A DNA stretch of 64,000 bases from Candidatus Cloacimonadales bacterium (GCA_963662275.1 OY759316.1:4224001-4288000); one strand, 5' to 3'. Shown: positions 9,525-20,608, counted from the stretch's first letter. Numbers and translations: made by a program. The notes: generated by a model not told the origin, from the sequence alone.

Positions 9525-10232
9525 TTATGCTCCTTTGCCATATTCACGTGGACCGAAGATTGCACTGCCAACTCGAATGATATTTGCACCTTCTTCAATA
9601 GCAATTTCAAAATCATCTGACATTCCCATAGATAGATAATCCATGTCAACATCAGAAATGTGTAAGGATTGAATTTCGTCAAAGAGGTTTTTCATTTTTT
9701 TAAAAAATGGTCTTACAATTTCAGGATCAGGACTGAATAAACCGATCGTCATCAAACCTCTGATATGGAGATGAGGTAGCCTGGCAATGCTTTTCACTAA
9801 CGATATTGTATCTTCTGGATTAATTCCACTTTTAGAAGTTTCTCCTGTGATATTGACCTCAATCAGGATATCTTGTTTCTTACCTAGCTTTTCTATACTC
9901 GTATTCAAGCTGGAAGCTAATTGCATTGAATCAATGGAATGAATCAGGATAGGGTTCAGTTTCATTAATTTGTTGATTTTATTGGATTGAAGATGACCGA
10001 TAAAATGAAATTCAGGATGTGGTTCTAATAAATAAGGAATCTTTGTTTCTGCTTCTTGGACTTTGTTTTCACCAATCGCTGTTATACCGGCATTGATTGC
10101 TTCCCTGATCATTTCTACTGGATGCGTTTTAGAAACAACGACCAGTTTGATATTATCTATACTCCTGCTACTTTTTTCAGCAGCTCTTTGTATTCTCTTG
10201 TTTACCATGAGTATATTCTGGGCAATTTCCAT
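9525..10232 (-). CDS. yggS: YggS/PROSC pyridoxal-phosphate homeostasis protein
   Basis: VVSKT, GENKVQE, HFIGHLQSNK, LSMGMSDD, RVGSAIFG; start at MEIAQN after GGAGG. Confidence 0.95.
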   Translation of the reverse strand: MEIAQNILMVNKRIQRAAEKSSRSIDNIKLVVVSKTHPVEMIREAINAGITAIGENKVQEAETKIPYLLEPHPEFHFIGHLQSNKINKLMKLNPILIHSIDSMQLASSLNTSIEKLGKKQDILIEVNITGETSKSGINPEDTISLVKSIARLPHLHIRGLMTIGLFSPDPEIVRPFFKKMKNLFDEIQSLHISDVDMDYLSMGMSDDFEIAIEEGANIIRVGSAIFGPREYGKGA

Positions 10233-10287
10233 TTTGCCTCCATTCAGATAATGCAAAAAAATGACATACTATGATGTCAAGTAATAC

Positions 10288-10357
10288 GTAGGGATAGACC
10301 CATGTGTCTATCCTCTTATATTATCTGTTTTGGATAGACACATGGGTCTATCCCTAC
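10288..10357. repeat. Inverted GTAG-REP doublet (REPIN/BIME-like)
   Basis: gtagggatagacccatgtgtctatcc and its exact reverse complement, separated by 18 nt. Confidence 0.85.
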
Positions 10358-10386
10358 ATTTAGTATTAGAGGAAAGGTGTCCTGCT

Positions 10387-11739
10387 CTACTTTCCTATAC
10401 AGAATTCATTAAAGATTTGATGTAACAAATCATCGGTGCTGATGATACCGACTATTTCCTCAAGTGCATGGCTGGCTTCTTTCAAGTCAAAGGCTGTGAA
10501 TTCAAAACCCATTTCATCATCCAACGAAGTAATTGCCTGGTCAATTCCTTGAAGAGCTTTCTGGGCAGCATTGATTTGGCGAGTATTTGTTAATAAACCG
10601 GATTCAATGTTTGATTCTGAAATACGAATTTCTTCTAAAAGTGCTTCCTTTAAATCCAACATGCTTGATTCTGATAATGTGGAACAGGGAATAAATCCTT
10701 CTAAGCGCATTTGATTTAGTTCTGCATCAGAATACAGATCAGATTTATTAAAAACCGGAATAATCTTGGCTAAGCTCAAAACAGGGGTAAAATGATGATA
10801 ACTTGTTTGTTTTACTAGTGGAGAATCAGTGATATATAGAACGATATCGGCATCCTGTGTGATTTTAAGAGTTCTTTCAATTCCCTTTTTTTCAACTTGA
10901 TCATCTGTCGAACGCAAACCAGCCGTGTCAAAGAACCTGACAAGATAACCTTCCATAGAAATTGCTTCTTCCAAAAAGTCTCTTGTTGTACCTGGTACCG
11001 GTGTGACAATAGCACGTTCAGTTTTCAAAAAAGCATTGAAAATACTTGATTTTCCTACATTAGGCTCTCCTGTGAGAACCACTTTCAAGCCTTCCCTAAT
11101 TATCTTTCCCTGTCTTCCTGTCTCGATCAAATCAGAAAGTTCATTTCTAAATCCATGTAAATTCGTAGCCAGCCGAGTGAGATTTATCTCTGGCTGATCC
11201 TGTTCGAGGAAATCGATCTCCATTTCCAGTTGTTTCCGATAATATGTCAGTTCTTTTAACAGTGCTTTCAATCGATGAAAGAGACTTCCCTCCAATTGAT
11301 TCATAGCACTTCGGTGGGTCATTTTGGTTTGAGAGTGAATCAGATCGTTCACCGCTTCAGCTTTTGTTAGATCCATCTTATGATTGAGAAATGCTCTCAA
11401 CGTAAATTCACCCGGTTTAGCCATTCGGATTTGTTTCAGCAGGATTTCCATCATCAGATTGGCGATATACGGTGAGCCATGCCCTGAAATTTCAACTACG
11501 TCTTCCCCTGTATAACTGTGTGGTTGGCGATAGATCGTTATCATGACTTCATCAAGGATATCACCTTTATCAAGGAAATGAGCGAAGTGGACAGTATGAG
11601 AATGAACCTGTGTCAAATCGTACTTTGATTTGCATGATTTAGAGACAACTTCAAAAGCTTTTGGTCCACTAATGCGTAAAACAAAGATGCTGCTGATACC
11701 GCAGGGAGTAGCGAGGGCAACGATAGTATCATTCAACAT
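10387..11739 (-). CDS. mnmE: tRNA modification GTPase MnmE
   Basis: DTIVALAT, SYTGEDVVEI, GEPNVGKSS, GTTRD, DTAG, C-terminal FCIGK. Confidence 0.97.
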   Translation of the reverse strand: MLNDTIVALATPCGISSIFVLRISGPKAFEVVSKSCKSKYDLTQVHSHTVHFAHFLDKGDILDEVMITIYRQPHSYTGEDVVEISGHGSPYIANLMMEILLKQIRMAKPGEFTLRAFLNHKMDLTKAEAVNDLIHSQTKMTHRSAMNQLEGSLFHRLKALLKELTYYRKQLEMEIDFLEQDQPEINLTRLATNLHGFRNELSDLIETGRQGKIIREGLKVVLTGEPNVGKSSIFNAFLKTERAIVTPVPGTTRDFLEEAISMEGYLVRFFDTAGLRSTDDQVEKKGIERTLKITQDADIVLYITDSPLVKQTSYHHFTPVLSLAKIIPVFNKSDLYSDAELNQMRLEGFIPCSTLSESSMLDLKEALLEEIRISESNIESGLLTNTRQINAAQKALQGIDQAITSLDDEMGFEFTAFDLKEASHALEEIVGIISTDDLLHQIFNEFCIGK

Positions 11740-11751
11740 TTGCGCTGAAAT

Positions 11752-12051
11752 CTATTCCGGAAGTACCAAAGAGCGTTTGGAGGGGTCAGGATTTTGTCTA
11801 TATAGCAAGACTACATTACCAATGATATCCACCTGTGCAGCAGCAGTTAGGTCACAAATTTCCTGGGTGATTGCTTCCTTTTTATCTTGTAAATCTTGGA
11901 AGCGAAGTTTTACTAATTCATGGATTTCCAATGTTTTATCAATTACTTGAATGAGGGTTGAGGTCAAACCATTTTTACCTATCATTACAAAGGGTTTCAA
12001 TGCATTGGCTCGCTTCCTCAGAAAAGATCGCTGATTATTTGTAATGGTCAT
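11752..12051 (-). CDS. yhbY: YhbY/CRM RNA-binding protein
   Basis: QRSFLR..AN.LKP.V.IGKNG...HELVK; IGNV.LLYR. Confidence 0.92.
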   Translation of the reverse strand: MTITNNQRSFLRKRANALKPFVMIGKNGLTSTLIQVIDKTLEIHELVKLRFQDLQDKKEAITQEICDLTAAAQVDIIGNVVLLYRQNPDPSKRSLVLPE

Positions 12052-12075
12052 TTGCTCTCCATTTTTTGATGGTTT

Positions 12076-13965
12076 CTATTTTTGATCGAAAACGCCTGAA
12101 TCTTGAAGTACTTTATAGATACTTACAGGGGTTAGGTTCAGTAGATTCATTAATTCATCATTCTTGCCGTGTGGGACAAATTTATCAGGATAACCAAAAG
12201 AAATGACTTTTACATTCGAATTCACGTAATAAGACTTAATGGTATCTCCGAAACCGCCTATTAGAGCATTGCTTTCAAATGTCACGATCGTTTCAATTCC
12301 TGCGTTTAATTGTTCAAGTAAGGGTACATCTAGTGGTTTTAGAAATCTGATATTCACAAGAGTGGGATCGAAATCCGGATGCAGTTGGAGGATATAAGAA
12401 AGGACTTCTTCTGCAAGCTGCAGACCATCACCGATACCCAAGAAAGCCACTTTCCTTCCTTCTTTGATGAGTTCTGACTTACCCTTTTCTACTTTAACCA
12501 ATGGGCGGTTCCTTACAGGAGCATTTCCTCGTGGGTAACGAATCACAATAGGTCCTTCCAAGTAGGTAGAAGCATACTCCAGCATCTCAGCAAATTCTAG
12601 ATCATCTGATGGTGCCATGATAAGAAGATTGGGGATAAAATTTGTAAAGGAAAGATCGAAAGCACCGTGATGTGTTGCTCCATCTTCTCCAACCAATCCA
12701 GCCCGATCAAGGCATAATACGATAGGCAATTTCTGGAGTGCTACATCATGAATGAGTTGATCCAAGGCACGTTGTCCAAATGTGGAATATATTGCTACAA
12801 ATGGTTTCATACCTTGTGTGGCAAGACCGGAGGCAAATGTGAGTGCATGTTGTTCCGCAATGCCAACATCAAAGAATTGATGAGGAAATTTCTTCTCGAA
12901 TTGAGACAACCCCGTTCCATCGCACATGGCGGCTGTGATTGCAATGATCTTTGGATGATTCACTGCTAGTTTGCATAGAGTTGAACCTAAAATTGAGGAA
13001 TAAGTGATTCCACCTGGTTTTCTTAATTCACCTGTAAGCGGATCAAAGGGACCGATTCCATGAAATTTTGCTGCATTGCATTCTGCATGTGAATAACCGC
13101 GTCCTTTCTTCGTAACGACATGAATCAGGATAGGACCAACCATATTATTCTTAGCTTTATGAAATATCCTGATCAATCGGGGAATATCATGACCATCTAT
13201 TGGACCTACATATTTGAACCCGTAATCTTCAAAAACGATATTGGGGACAAGAATGTTGATCAGGCTTTCTTCCAGTTTTTGAGCACCTACGATAAATCGC
13301 TTACTGATACTATGAGGAAGATTATGCAAAACATCCCAGACTTGTTTTTTTAATACATTATAATGACGACTGACCAACACGGAAGCCATGTAATTCTGAA
13401 GAGCACCAACGTTTTTGGAAATGGACATTTCGTTATCATTTAAAATAACAATGAGTTTTGACTGTTGTAAGTGACCGGCATGATTAATGGCTTCAAATGC
13501 CATCCCTCCTGTCAAGGCTCCGTCTCCAATAACCGCTACAGTATGTCCGGTTTCACCATTCATTTCCTTTCCGATGGCTATTCCAACTGCAGCCGAGATG
13601 GAAGTACTGCTATGCCCCACACCAAATGAATCATACTTACTTTCAGAACGATTGATGAAACCACTTATACCATCCAATTGACGGAGAGTATGAAAACGTT
13701 CTTTTCTACCTGTCAGTATTTTATAGGCATACGCTTGATGTCCTACATCCCAAACAATACTGTCCTCATCAAGATTAAATACTTTAAGCAGGGCAAGTGT
13801 AAAATCTGTTGCTCCTAAACTGGGTGCAAGATGACCACCGTTCATAGAAGTAACCCTGATCATTTCCTTGCGCAGTTCTTTCGCAAGCAGGGTTAATTCC
13901 TCATAACTTAGGGCATGAACATCATTCGGATGATTTATTCTTTCTAGAATCATTGAAGACCTCAT
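12076..13965 (-). CDS. dxs: 1-deoxy-D-xylulose-5-phosphate synthase
   Basis: GGHLAPSLG, WDVGHQAY, GDGALTGG, DVGIAEQH, DRAGLVGEDG; true start may be 13953. Confidence 0.97.
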   Translation of the reverse strand: MRSSMILERINHPNDVHALSYEELTLLAKELRKEMIRVTSMNGGHLAPSLGATDFTLALLKVFNLDEDSIVWDVGHQAYAYKILTGRKERFHTLRQLDGISGFINRSESKYDSFGVGHSSTSISAAVGIAIGKEMNGETGHTVAVIGDGALTGGMAFEAINHAGHLQQSKLIVILNDNEMSISKNVGALQNYMASVLVSRHYNVLKKQVWDVLHNLPHSISKRFIVGAQKLEESLINILVPNIVFEDYGFKYVGPIDGHDIPRLIRIFHKAKNNMVGPILIHVVTKKGRGYSHAECNAAKFHGIGPFDPLTGELRKPGGITYSSILGSTLCKLAVNHPKIIAITAAMCDGTGLSQFEKKFPHQFFDVGIAEQHALTFASGLATQGMKPFVAIYSTFGQRALDQLIHDVALQKLPIVLCLDRAGLVGEDGATHHGAFDLSFTNFIPNLLIMAPSDDLEFAEMLEYASTYLEGPIVIRYPRGNAPVRNRPLVKVEKGKSELIKEGRKVAFLGIGDGLQLAEEVLSYILQLHPDFDPTLVNIRFLKPLDVPLLEQLNAGIETIVTFESNALIGGFGDTIKSYYVNSNVKVISFGYPDKFVPHGKNDELMNLLNLTPVSIYKVLQDSGVFDQK

Positions 13966-14091
13966 CTACTACGAAATAAGATAATGTGATATGAGAAAAA
14001 CAAGGCAACCTTATTGTCAATAAGATAGTTGCTTAAGTTTTATGCAACTGATAACTCATTGGAAGAGAGAAGATAAGATGCGAGAATAAAT

Positions 14092-14135
14092 TAAAAAAAA
14101 AGAACCGCAAGAAAGAACAGTTTTCCTGCAGTTCT
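14092..14135 (-). terminator. Probable terminator after the DUF2147 gene
   Basis: Minus strand agaactgcaggaaa..tttcttgcggttct followed by a T run. Confidence 0.6.
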
Positions 14136-14173
14136 GTAGTCGTCGTTTGATAAGTGATTTCTTTATGAACCTG

Positions 14174-14614
14174 TTACTTCGCCCTTAACCACGTTTCTGT
14201 TCGTCCTAAAAGACTAACTCCAATAAAGCCGCGTAAAAGCATTGTATTTTTATCTTTCAGTTTGATTGTACATTTGTAAGTATTTCCGCTTTTAGGATCA
14301 TAGATGTTTCCACCTGTCCATTCATTATTGCCCTTGGCTAACAAATTCACTAAAATTACCATACCTAGACGTTTCCTATTGTGCAATTCAGGTTTTGGAT
14401 TCTTGGGATCTGCTTTAATATTACCTTTTTCATCTAATGGTGTTTTTAACCAAGTGATTTTACCTTGAAATTCATTTCCAACTTTGTAGATTTCAACTGT
14501 ACTTTCTTTCCCTGATGTCCACCAAGTACCCAAGATGGAATCAGTTGCTTTTGCCTCCTGCGCAAGCATAAATAATGGTATGATGAGCAGTAATATACTT
14601 AGATAGGTTTTCAT
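14174..14614 (-). CDS. DUF2147-family secreted protein
   Basis: G.W.T, GKI.W, D.KNP.PEL..R...G, WTGG.IYDPKSG.TY, RGFIGVSLLGRT.TW. Confidence 0.9.
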   Translation of the reverse strand: MKTYLSILLLIIPLFMLAQEAKATDSILGTWWTSGKESTVEIYKVGNEFQGKITWLKTPLDEKGNIKADPKNPKPELHNRKRLGMVILVNLLAKGNNEWTGGNIYDPKSGNTYKCTIKLKDKNTMLLRGFIGVSLLGRTETWLRAK

Positions 14615-14860
14615 GATGAACTCCTTATTCTATTTGTTGAGCATGATTCAAGTTTATCATTTGAACTTCTATGTAAAGAAATTTTTACGAATACCAATAC
14701 TCACCACGATCTTCCAGTTTTTCCTAGCAATTTTCTAAATTGACGATAATCGAAGTATTTTTTATTTTGTAATTGGTTTGAACTTTGCATATATCTATTA
14801 TCCGCAAAGTAAATATATAAAAAAAATCTTAAGAAAAGAAATCCAAGGAGAATTGGCATT

Positions 14861-16255
14861 ATGAAATTATATCCTATTGTTCTTTTTTTATTCGTCGTTG
14901 TAACGATACTAACTATTTCGTTATTTACTTCTGATTTAAAAGCAGCTAATAATTCAGGTGGTATGGTCAAAATTATTCCACACTACAGAACGAATGGTAC
15001 GGTAAATTTCCAAGTTCTGACTGTTACAAATCATGGAACGTATACTCCTCGTAATATTGGAGCTATATGGGTGACGACAGAAAGTGGGACGTTTGTTAAA
15101 ACATTGCAACGGTGGGGCAATTCATATCTTCAATTCCTAACAAAATGGCATTCTTTCACTGCGAGCGGAAATGTTACCGGAGCCATCACTGGAGCAACTA
15201 AGAGTAATCACACAGCAGTACATAATTTAAATTGGAATTGCACAAATACCAGCAACGTAGAAGTCCCTGATGGTAATTATAAGATATGGGTTGAATACAC
15301 TGAATCAAATGGTACCGGTCCCAATACTTTCGTTACTTTTACGAAGGGTGCAGGCACTCAGCATGTCACTCCAGCAAATTTAAATTATTTTCATGATCTC
15401 TTGTTAGATTTTACTCCAACTATTGTCATAAGTGCTCCTTCTAATTTACAGTCTACCTTCACAGCACCTAATAATGTAAATTTATCCTGGTCTGCTCCTT
15501 CAGCTCCTTATGGTATGACTTCCTATAAAGTGTATCGAGATAATGTTTTGGTTATGATGATCACTCCAGCCACAACTACTACATATACAGATAACCCATC
15601 TTCTGGAACACATAGTTATTATGTAACTGCTGTATTTGGTACTACAGAATCAGCACAGTCTAATACTATCACTGTTGATGCCACACCAATTATCGTTGGA
15701 CCTCCTCTTGGTTTAGAAGCCATTATCTCTTCTCCCAATAATGTAAATTTAACATGGTCTGCTCCTACATCCATTACAGGACTGACTTTGTATAAGGTAT
15801 ATCGGGATGGAACGATGATTATATCAGTTACCCCCCCAATAACATCATACGCTGATACACCTTCACTCGGAGACCATTCATACTATGTTACTGCCATGTT
15901 CGGTGAGACAGAATCGAATGCTTCAAATATTGTACCCGTTACTATTACAGCCAACCAGGATGATGTTGAATTACCGGGAATGACTACTTTAAAGGGGAAC
16001 TATCCAAATCCTTTTAATCCTGAAACCAATATCAGTTTTTCTTTGGCAAAAAGCCAAGAAGTACGTCTCTCAATTTATAACTTCAAAGGTCAAAAAGTGA
16101 AAGACCTTACGAAGGGAAATATGACTGCTGGTCTTCACGTAGTTTCATGGAATGGAACGGATGATCATGGTAACATCGTTGCCAGTGGTATTTATTTCTG
16201 TAAACTGGAGACAAATCATCAGACTTTCATGAAAAAGATGATTATGCTTAAATAA
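14861..16255 (+). CDS. Secreted protein: DUF2271-like N domain, 2x FN3, FlgD/T9SS-type CTD
   Basis: AIWV...GTFVKTL; ITGAT; WN.T......VPDG.Y; two FN3 repeats; NYPNPFNP...KKMIMLK. Confidence 0.85.
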   Translation: MKLYPIVLFLFVVVTILTISLFTSDLKAANNSGGMVKIIPHYRTNGTVNFQVLTVTNHGTYTPRNIGAIWVTTESGTFVKTLQRWGNSYLQFLTKWHSFTASGNVTGAITGATKSNHTAVHNLNWNCTNTSNVEVPDGNYKIWVEYTESNGTGPNTFVTFTKGAGTQHVTPANLNYFHDLLLDFTPTIVISAPSNLQSTFTAPNNVNLSWSAPSAPYGMTSYKVYRDNVLVMMITPATTTTYTDNPSSGTHSYYVTAVFGTTESAQSNTITVDATPIIVGPPLGLEAIISSPNNVNLTWSAPTSITGLTLYKVYRDGTMIISVTPPITSYADTPSLGDHSYYVTAMFGETESNASNIVPVTITANQDDVELPGMTTLKGNYPNPFNPETNISFSLAKSQEVRLSIYNFKGQKVKDLTKGNMTAGLHVVSWNGTDDHGNIVASGIYFCKLETNHQTFMKKMIMLK

Positions 16256-16262
16256 CAATTCC

Positions 16263-16294
16263 GTAGAGCAGGACTCCGATCTTGCTCTTTTTTT
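16263..16294 (+). repeat. REP hairpin (GTAG-AGYARGA family) with T tract, likely acting as terminator
   Basis: gtagagcaggactccgatcttgctc followed by a T run. Confidence 0.7.
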
Positions 16295-16365
16295 GTAGGG
16301 GTCCGCGTCAGCAGACCCGCTCAATCTTTGATTATTTGATTGGGTCTGCTGACGCGGACCCCTAC
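16295..16365. repeat. Inverted GTAG-REP doublet
   Basis: gtaggggtccgcgtcagcagaccc ... gggtctgctgacgcggacccctac. Confidence 0.85.
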
Positions 16366-16453
16366 AATAATAAATACCTATTTTTTTCATTGTAAAAAAA
16401 AGAACCATTTGATAATTGGGAACATAGAAGATTAGCAAACAAATAAGGAGCTT

Positions 16454-18202
16454 ATGAAGACTTTTGACATCGTAAAACCATATCTGCAGAAAAGTATAGG
16501 AAAGATAGCACTCGGAATCCTTGTACTGCTTGCAGTTGATGCAATTCAACTGGTGATTCCCAAGATCATGCAGTATGCAATCGATCATATTGGAAGCCAT
16601 AGTATCAATCAGAATGGTCTTGCTCTTGTTGGACTGGCAATCTTTGGTATGGCAATCGGAATCATGGTTATGCGTTATTTCTGGCGTATTCTAATCATCG
16701 GTAATTCCTATGAAATCGAAGCTGGATTAAGGCAGGACTTTTATAATCATTTACTCCGCTTATCACAAAACTACTTCAATAGAAGCAAGATAGGTGATCT
16801 TATGGCACATGCCACCAATGATTTGAATGCTGTCCGTATGCTCTTTGGCATGGGTTTCATTGCAGGTTCCGATATTCTCATCATGACTATCGCTTCCTTC
16901 ATTTTTATGGTTTCCATCAGTTTCCATCTCACTATGCTGGCTATCATTCCTCTGCCAATACTATCCCTTATTATCAGCTATTTCGGCAAGAAAATGCACA
17001 AACGATTTGCCCAGGTCCAGGGTTCCTTTTCCGCTATGTCTGGGGCTATCCAGGAAAATATTACAGGCATTCGTGTGGTAAAAGCATTTGTCCAGGAAGA
17101 AAGTGAGATAGAAAAAATAGATGCTCATGCGATCAATTATGTAAAACAAAATATCTCCATGGCTAAGATATCCGGTGTATTCCACCCGATGATGGGGTTT
17201 GTTATCAGTATCAGTATGATCTTGAACCTTGTCTTTGGTGGTAAGGCAGCCATTGATGGGAACATCACCATCGGTGAATTCATTGCTTTTTATTCCTACC
17301 TGGGGATGCTTGTGTGGCCTATGATAGCAGTAGGAATGATTGTAGACATGTACCAAAGAGGAACTGCTTCCCTGAAAAGATTGAATAAGATATTCCTCGA
17401 AATTCCTGAAATGAATGATGATAAAGCGGATACTTCCATTACTTCCATCGCCGGGAAAATCGAAATACGTAACCTATCTTTCCGATATAATGAAGACAGC
17501 CCTGATATTTTCCTGGATGTATCCACTTCTATCGATGCAGGTAAAACACTTGCTATTGTCGGACCAACAGGTTGCGGAAAAACTACACTAGTTGATCTTT
17601 TAACACGTGTATATCCGCCAGCAGAAGGTTCTATCTTCATAGATGATCATGATCTGTATAACATCCCTGTAATGCTATTGCATACACAGGTTTCCATGGT
17701 ACCCCAGGATATCTTCCTATTCTCAGATACGATTACCAATAATATTCGACTCGGCAGACCGGATGCCACGATAGAGCAAGTAACTGAAGCTGCAATTGCA
17801 GCCCAGGTACATGAAGATATTTCAGGATTTGAACTTGGCTATGAAACTATCATCGGTGAACGCGGAGTGACGCTATCAGGTGGACAGAAACAGCGTGTTG
17901 CTATTGCTAGGGCTTTACTGTGTAACCCGTCGATCCTGATTTTGGACGATGCTCTTTCTGCCGTTGATACAAAGACGGAAAAATACATTTTGGAAAATCT
18001 CATTCAACAGAGAATGGGGAAGACGACTATCATTATTGCTCATCGTATTTCATCAGTACAACATGCGGATAAAATCATTGTCATCGAGAAACAGCGCGTA
18101 GCAGAAAGTGGCAGCCATGATCAATTGATTGCCCTGGATGGCATTTACAAGGCGTTGGATGATAAGCAGATGATTGAAGAAAGACTGGCAGGTGAATTAT
18201 GA
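16454..18202 (+). CDS. ABC exporter, fused TMD-NBD (MdlA-like half of a heterodimer)
   Basis: TM domain; Walker A GPTGCGKT; LSGGQKQR; degenerate Walker B ILDD. Confidence 0.93.
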   Translation: MKTFDIVKPYLQKSIGKIALGILVLLAVDAIQLVIPKIMQYAIDHIGSHSINQNGLALVGLAIFGMAIGIMVMRYFWRILIIGNSYEIEAGLRQDFYNHLLRLSQNYFNRSKIGDLMAHATNDLNAVRMLFGMGFIAGSDILIMTIASFIFMVSISFHLTMLAIIPLPILSLIISYFGKKMHKRFAQVQGSFSAMSGAIQENITGIRVVKAFVQEESEIEKIDAHAINYVKQNISMAKISGVFHPMMGFVISISMILNLVFGGKAAIDGNITIGEFIAFYSYLGMLVWPMIAVGMIVDMYQRGTASLKRLNKIFLEIPEMNDDKADTSITSIAGKIEIRNLSFRYNEDSPDIFLDVSTSIDAGKTLAIVGPTGCGKTTLVDLLTRVYPPAEGSIFIDDHDLYNIPVMLLHTQVSMVPQDIFLFSDTITNNIRLGRPDATIEQVTEAAIAAQVHEDISGFELGYETIIGERGVTLSGGQKQRVAIARALLCNPSILILDDALSAVDTKTEKYILENLIQQRMGKTTIIIAHRISSVQHADKIIVIEKQRVAESGSHDQLIALDGIYKALDDKQMIEERLAGEL

Positions 18203-20358
18203 TGCACGGTGGTGGAATGGGTGGAGGACGTGGCGGTGGAGGTCACGGTTTAGCAAATGATGAAGTTATGGGCAAGATCTATGATGCCAGACTATTCAAG
18301 AAACTGATTCGATATCTCAAACCATACCTTGGTTTAGTCATTCTCTCATTTGCAATCCTGATGATTGCAACTACCGTGGAGTTGATTCTTCCCCTGATTA
18401 CTAAAACTGCTGTGGATGAATATATCGTTTCTAATAAATCAATGATTCAATTCAAAGATCAAGCGGAGTGGAATCGTTTCCAGGCGAAGTATGCCAAACT
18501 GAAACTGCAAAACTATGAATGGGATGGCAAATACTTCTCTGTTTTGCCCACAAAAAAGCGCTCTCATATCAAACAAGCAGACATGAAAGCTCTGACATTA
18601 AGTCATGAACTTTCTAGAAGCAATTATTACTTCATTCCGGCAAATATGGAAAATACGAAGCTACTCAATTCACTAGCGGTGGATCATAAATATCACCTGA
18701 CTTATGTGCAAGTCTCGCAAGGACTGTTTGCTGTATCCCAACCGGAATTGAATCGTATTCCCACCTCTATTCGTAAAGTATTGCGACAGGATGCATCCAG
18801 GCACCTGCGTTTTTATGGATTCCTCTTCTTTTGTGTCATCCTGATTCGATTTATCACTTCGTATTTCCAGGTGTACCTGACCAATTTCTTTTCCCAGAAT
18901 GCTATGCGTAACCTGCGTATGGATCTATTTAAACACGTCCAGAAGATGCCTGTATCCTTTTTTGATATCAACCCTGTGGGGCGTCTTGTTACTCGTACCA
19001 CCAATGATATTGCAGCCTTGGATGAGATGCTTTCTTCAGGAATGATTACAATCATCCAGGATGTCATCCTGATTATAGCACTCATTATTATCATGCTTCT
19101 TTTGAATTGGCAGCTTGCCCTCGTCAGTTTTACTGTTCTTCCTTTCGTGATCTTCATGATTCAATTGTTTAAAAGTAAAACTCGGGTCGTTTATCGTGAT
19201 GCCAGGAAAAAGCTTGCTGAACTGAATGCAACCTTGTCTGAACATATATCCGGTGTGAAGATCATCCAGTTGTTTAATCAGTATCTTTCAAAACGTAAGC
19301 AGTTTTCGGATATCAACCGGCAATACTTCAATGTTTCCTTCAGACAGCTTAAGCTGTTTTCATTCTTCCGACCCATCATTAATCTTTCTTCCCAATTTTC
19401 CATTGCTTTGATCATATGGTACGGTGGCGGGCAGATTCTGAACGATGTGATCACGATTGGTTTATTCATGGCGTTTACACAGTATATTGGTAAACTCTTC
19501 GAACCTATTAACGATTTCAGCGATAAGTTCAATATCCTCCAAGGTGCTCTTGCAGCTTCAGAAAGAATTTTTAATCTTCTTGAAGAAGACCCCGCTGATT
19601 ACCGTGAAAATTTGAAACAGGATGCGAAACTGAAGGGAGAGATCGAATTCAGGAATCTTTCCATGGCTTATAATGAGAATGAATGGATTCTGAAAAACGT
19701 TTCCTTCCATGTGAAGCCTGGCGAAAAAGTAGCTCTTGTCGGGCATACCGGTTCTGGTAAAACAACAATTGTGAACCTGATCCTAGGCATGTACCCATAC
19801 CAGAAGGGGCAGATACTCCTTGATGGAAAAGAGCTTTCTGAATACGCTACAGATGATATCAGGCATAATATCGGTATCGTTCAGCAGGATGTATTCCTCT
19901 TTGCGGGAACGATTCGTGATAATATTGTCTTGAGTAATGAATCTATCACCCATGACGAAATGGTGAAAGTTGCAGATTATGTGAATGTGAGTAAGTTCAT
20001 CAACAGTCTTCCAGAGAAATTCGAAGAACCTGTGATGGAACGCGGTGCTACTTTCTCTGTGGGACAAAGACAGCTTATCTCCTTTGCCCGTGTACTTGCT
20101 TATGACCCTTCCATCTTTATTCTCGATGAAGCCACTTCCAATATCGATACAGAGACCGAATTCCTCATCCAGGATGCCCTCACCAAGATCATGCAGAATC
20201 GTACATCTATCGTAATTGCACATCGTCTTTCTACTATCCAACATGCAGATCGTATCATCGTGATGCATAAGGGTGAGATCGTGGAAGAAGGGAATCACCA
20301 GGAATTACTGCAGAAAGAAGGCTTGTACTACGACTTGTATAGGTTGCAGTACCAGTAG
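18199..20358 (+). CDS. ABC exporter, fused TMD-NBD (MdlB-like half of a heterodimer)
   Basis: GHTGSGKT; FSVGQRQ; ILDEATS; overlaps previous stop (ATGA). Confidence 0.93.
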   Translation: MMHGGGMGGGRGGGGHGLANDEVMGKIYDARLFKKLIRYLKPYLGLVILSFAILMIATTVELILPLITKTAVDEYIVSNKSMIQFKDQAEWNRFQAKYAKLKLQNYEWDGKYFSVLPTKKRSHIKQADMKALTLSHELSRSNYYFIPANMENTKLLNSLAVDHKYHLTYVQVSQGLFAVSQPELNRIPTSIRKVLRQDASRHLRFYGFLFFCVILIRFITSYFQVYLTNFFSQNAMRNLRMDLFKHVQKMPVSFFDINPVGRLVTRTTNDIAALDEMLSSGMITIIQDVILIIALIIIMLLLNWQLALVSFTVLPFVIFMIQLFKSKTRVVYRDARKKLAELNATLSEHISGVKIIQLFNQYLSKRKQFSDINRQYFNVSFRQLKLFSFFRPIINLSSQFSIALIIWYGGGQILNDVITIGLFMAFTQYIGKLFEPINDFSDKFNILQGALAASERIFNLLEEDPADYRENLKQDAKLKGEIEFRNLSMAYNENEWILKNVSFHVKPGEKVALVGHTGSGKTTIVNLILGMYPYQKGQILLDGKELSEYATDDIRHNIGIVQQDVFLFAGTIRDNIVLSNESITHDEMVKVADYVNVSKFINSLPEKFEEPVMERGATFSVGQRQLISFARVLAYDPSIFILDEATSNIDTETEFLIQDALTKIMQNRTSIVIAHRLSTIQHADRIIVMHKGEIVEEGNHQELLQKEGLYYDLYRLQYQ

Positions 20359-20608
20359 AATAATGTGTTAGATGCCAGGTACTATTTTTATATGAAACTT
20401 TGCCAATATATTGATTAATTCTGTGTCTTTCCAACTGGATTTTCAAAATAATTCTCCACGGCATATTCATGATAATAATCATAAAATCTATAAAACGACG
20501 TCTTAAAGCAAAAGAGAACCTCCCTTCCAAAGATATTAATTTCCATTTCACAGAAAAAGATTATCTTTATTAGATAACACCAATTTTGCATGAAACGTGG
20601 AGGAAAAT

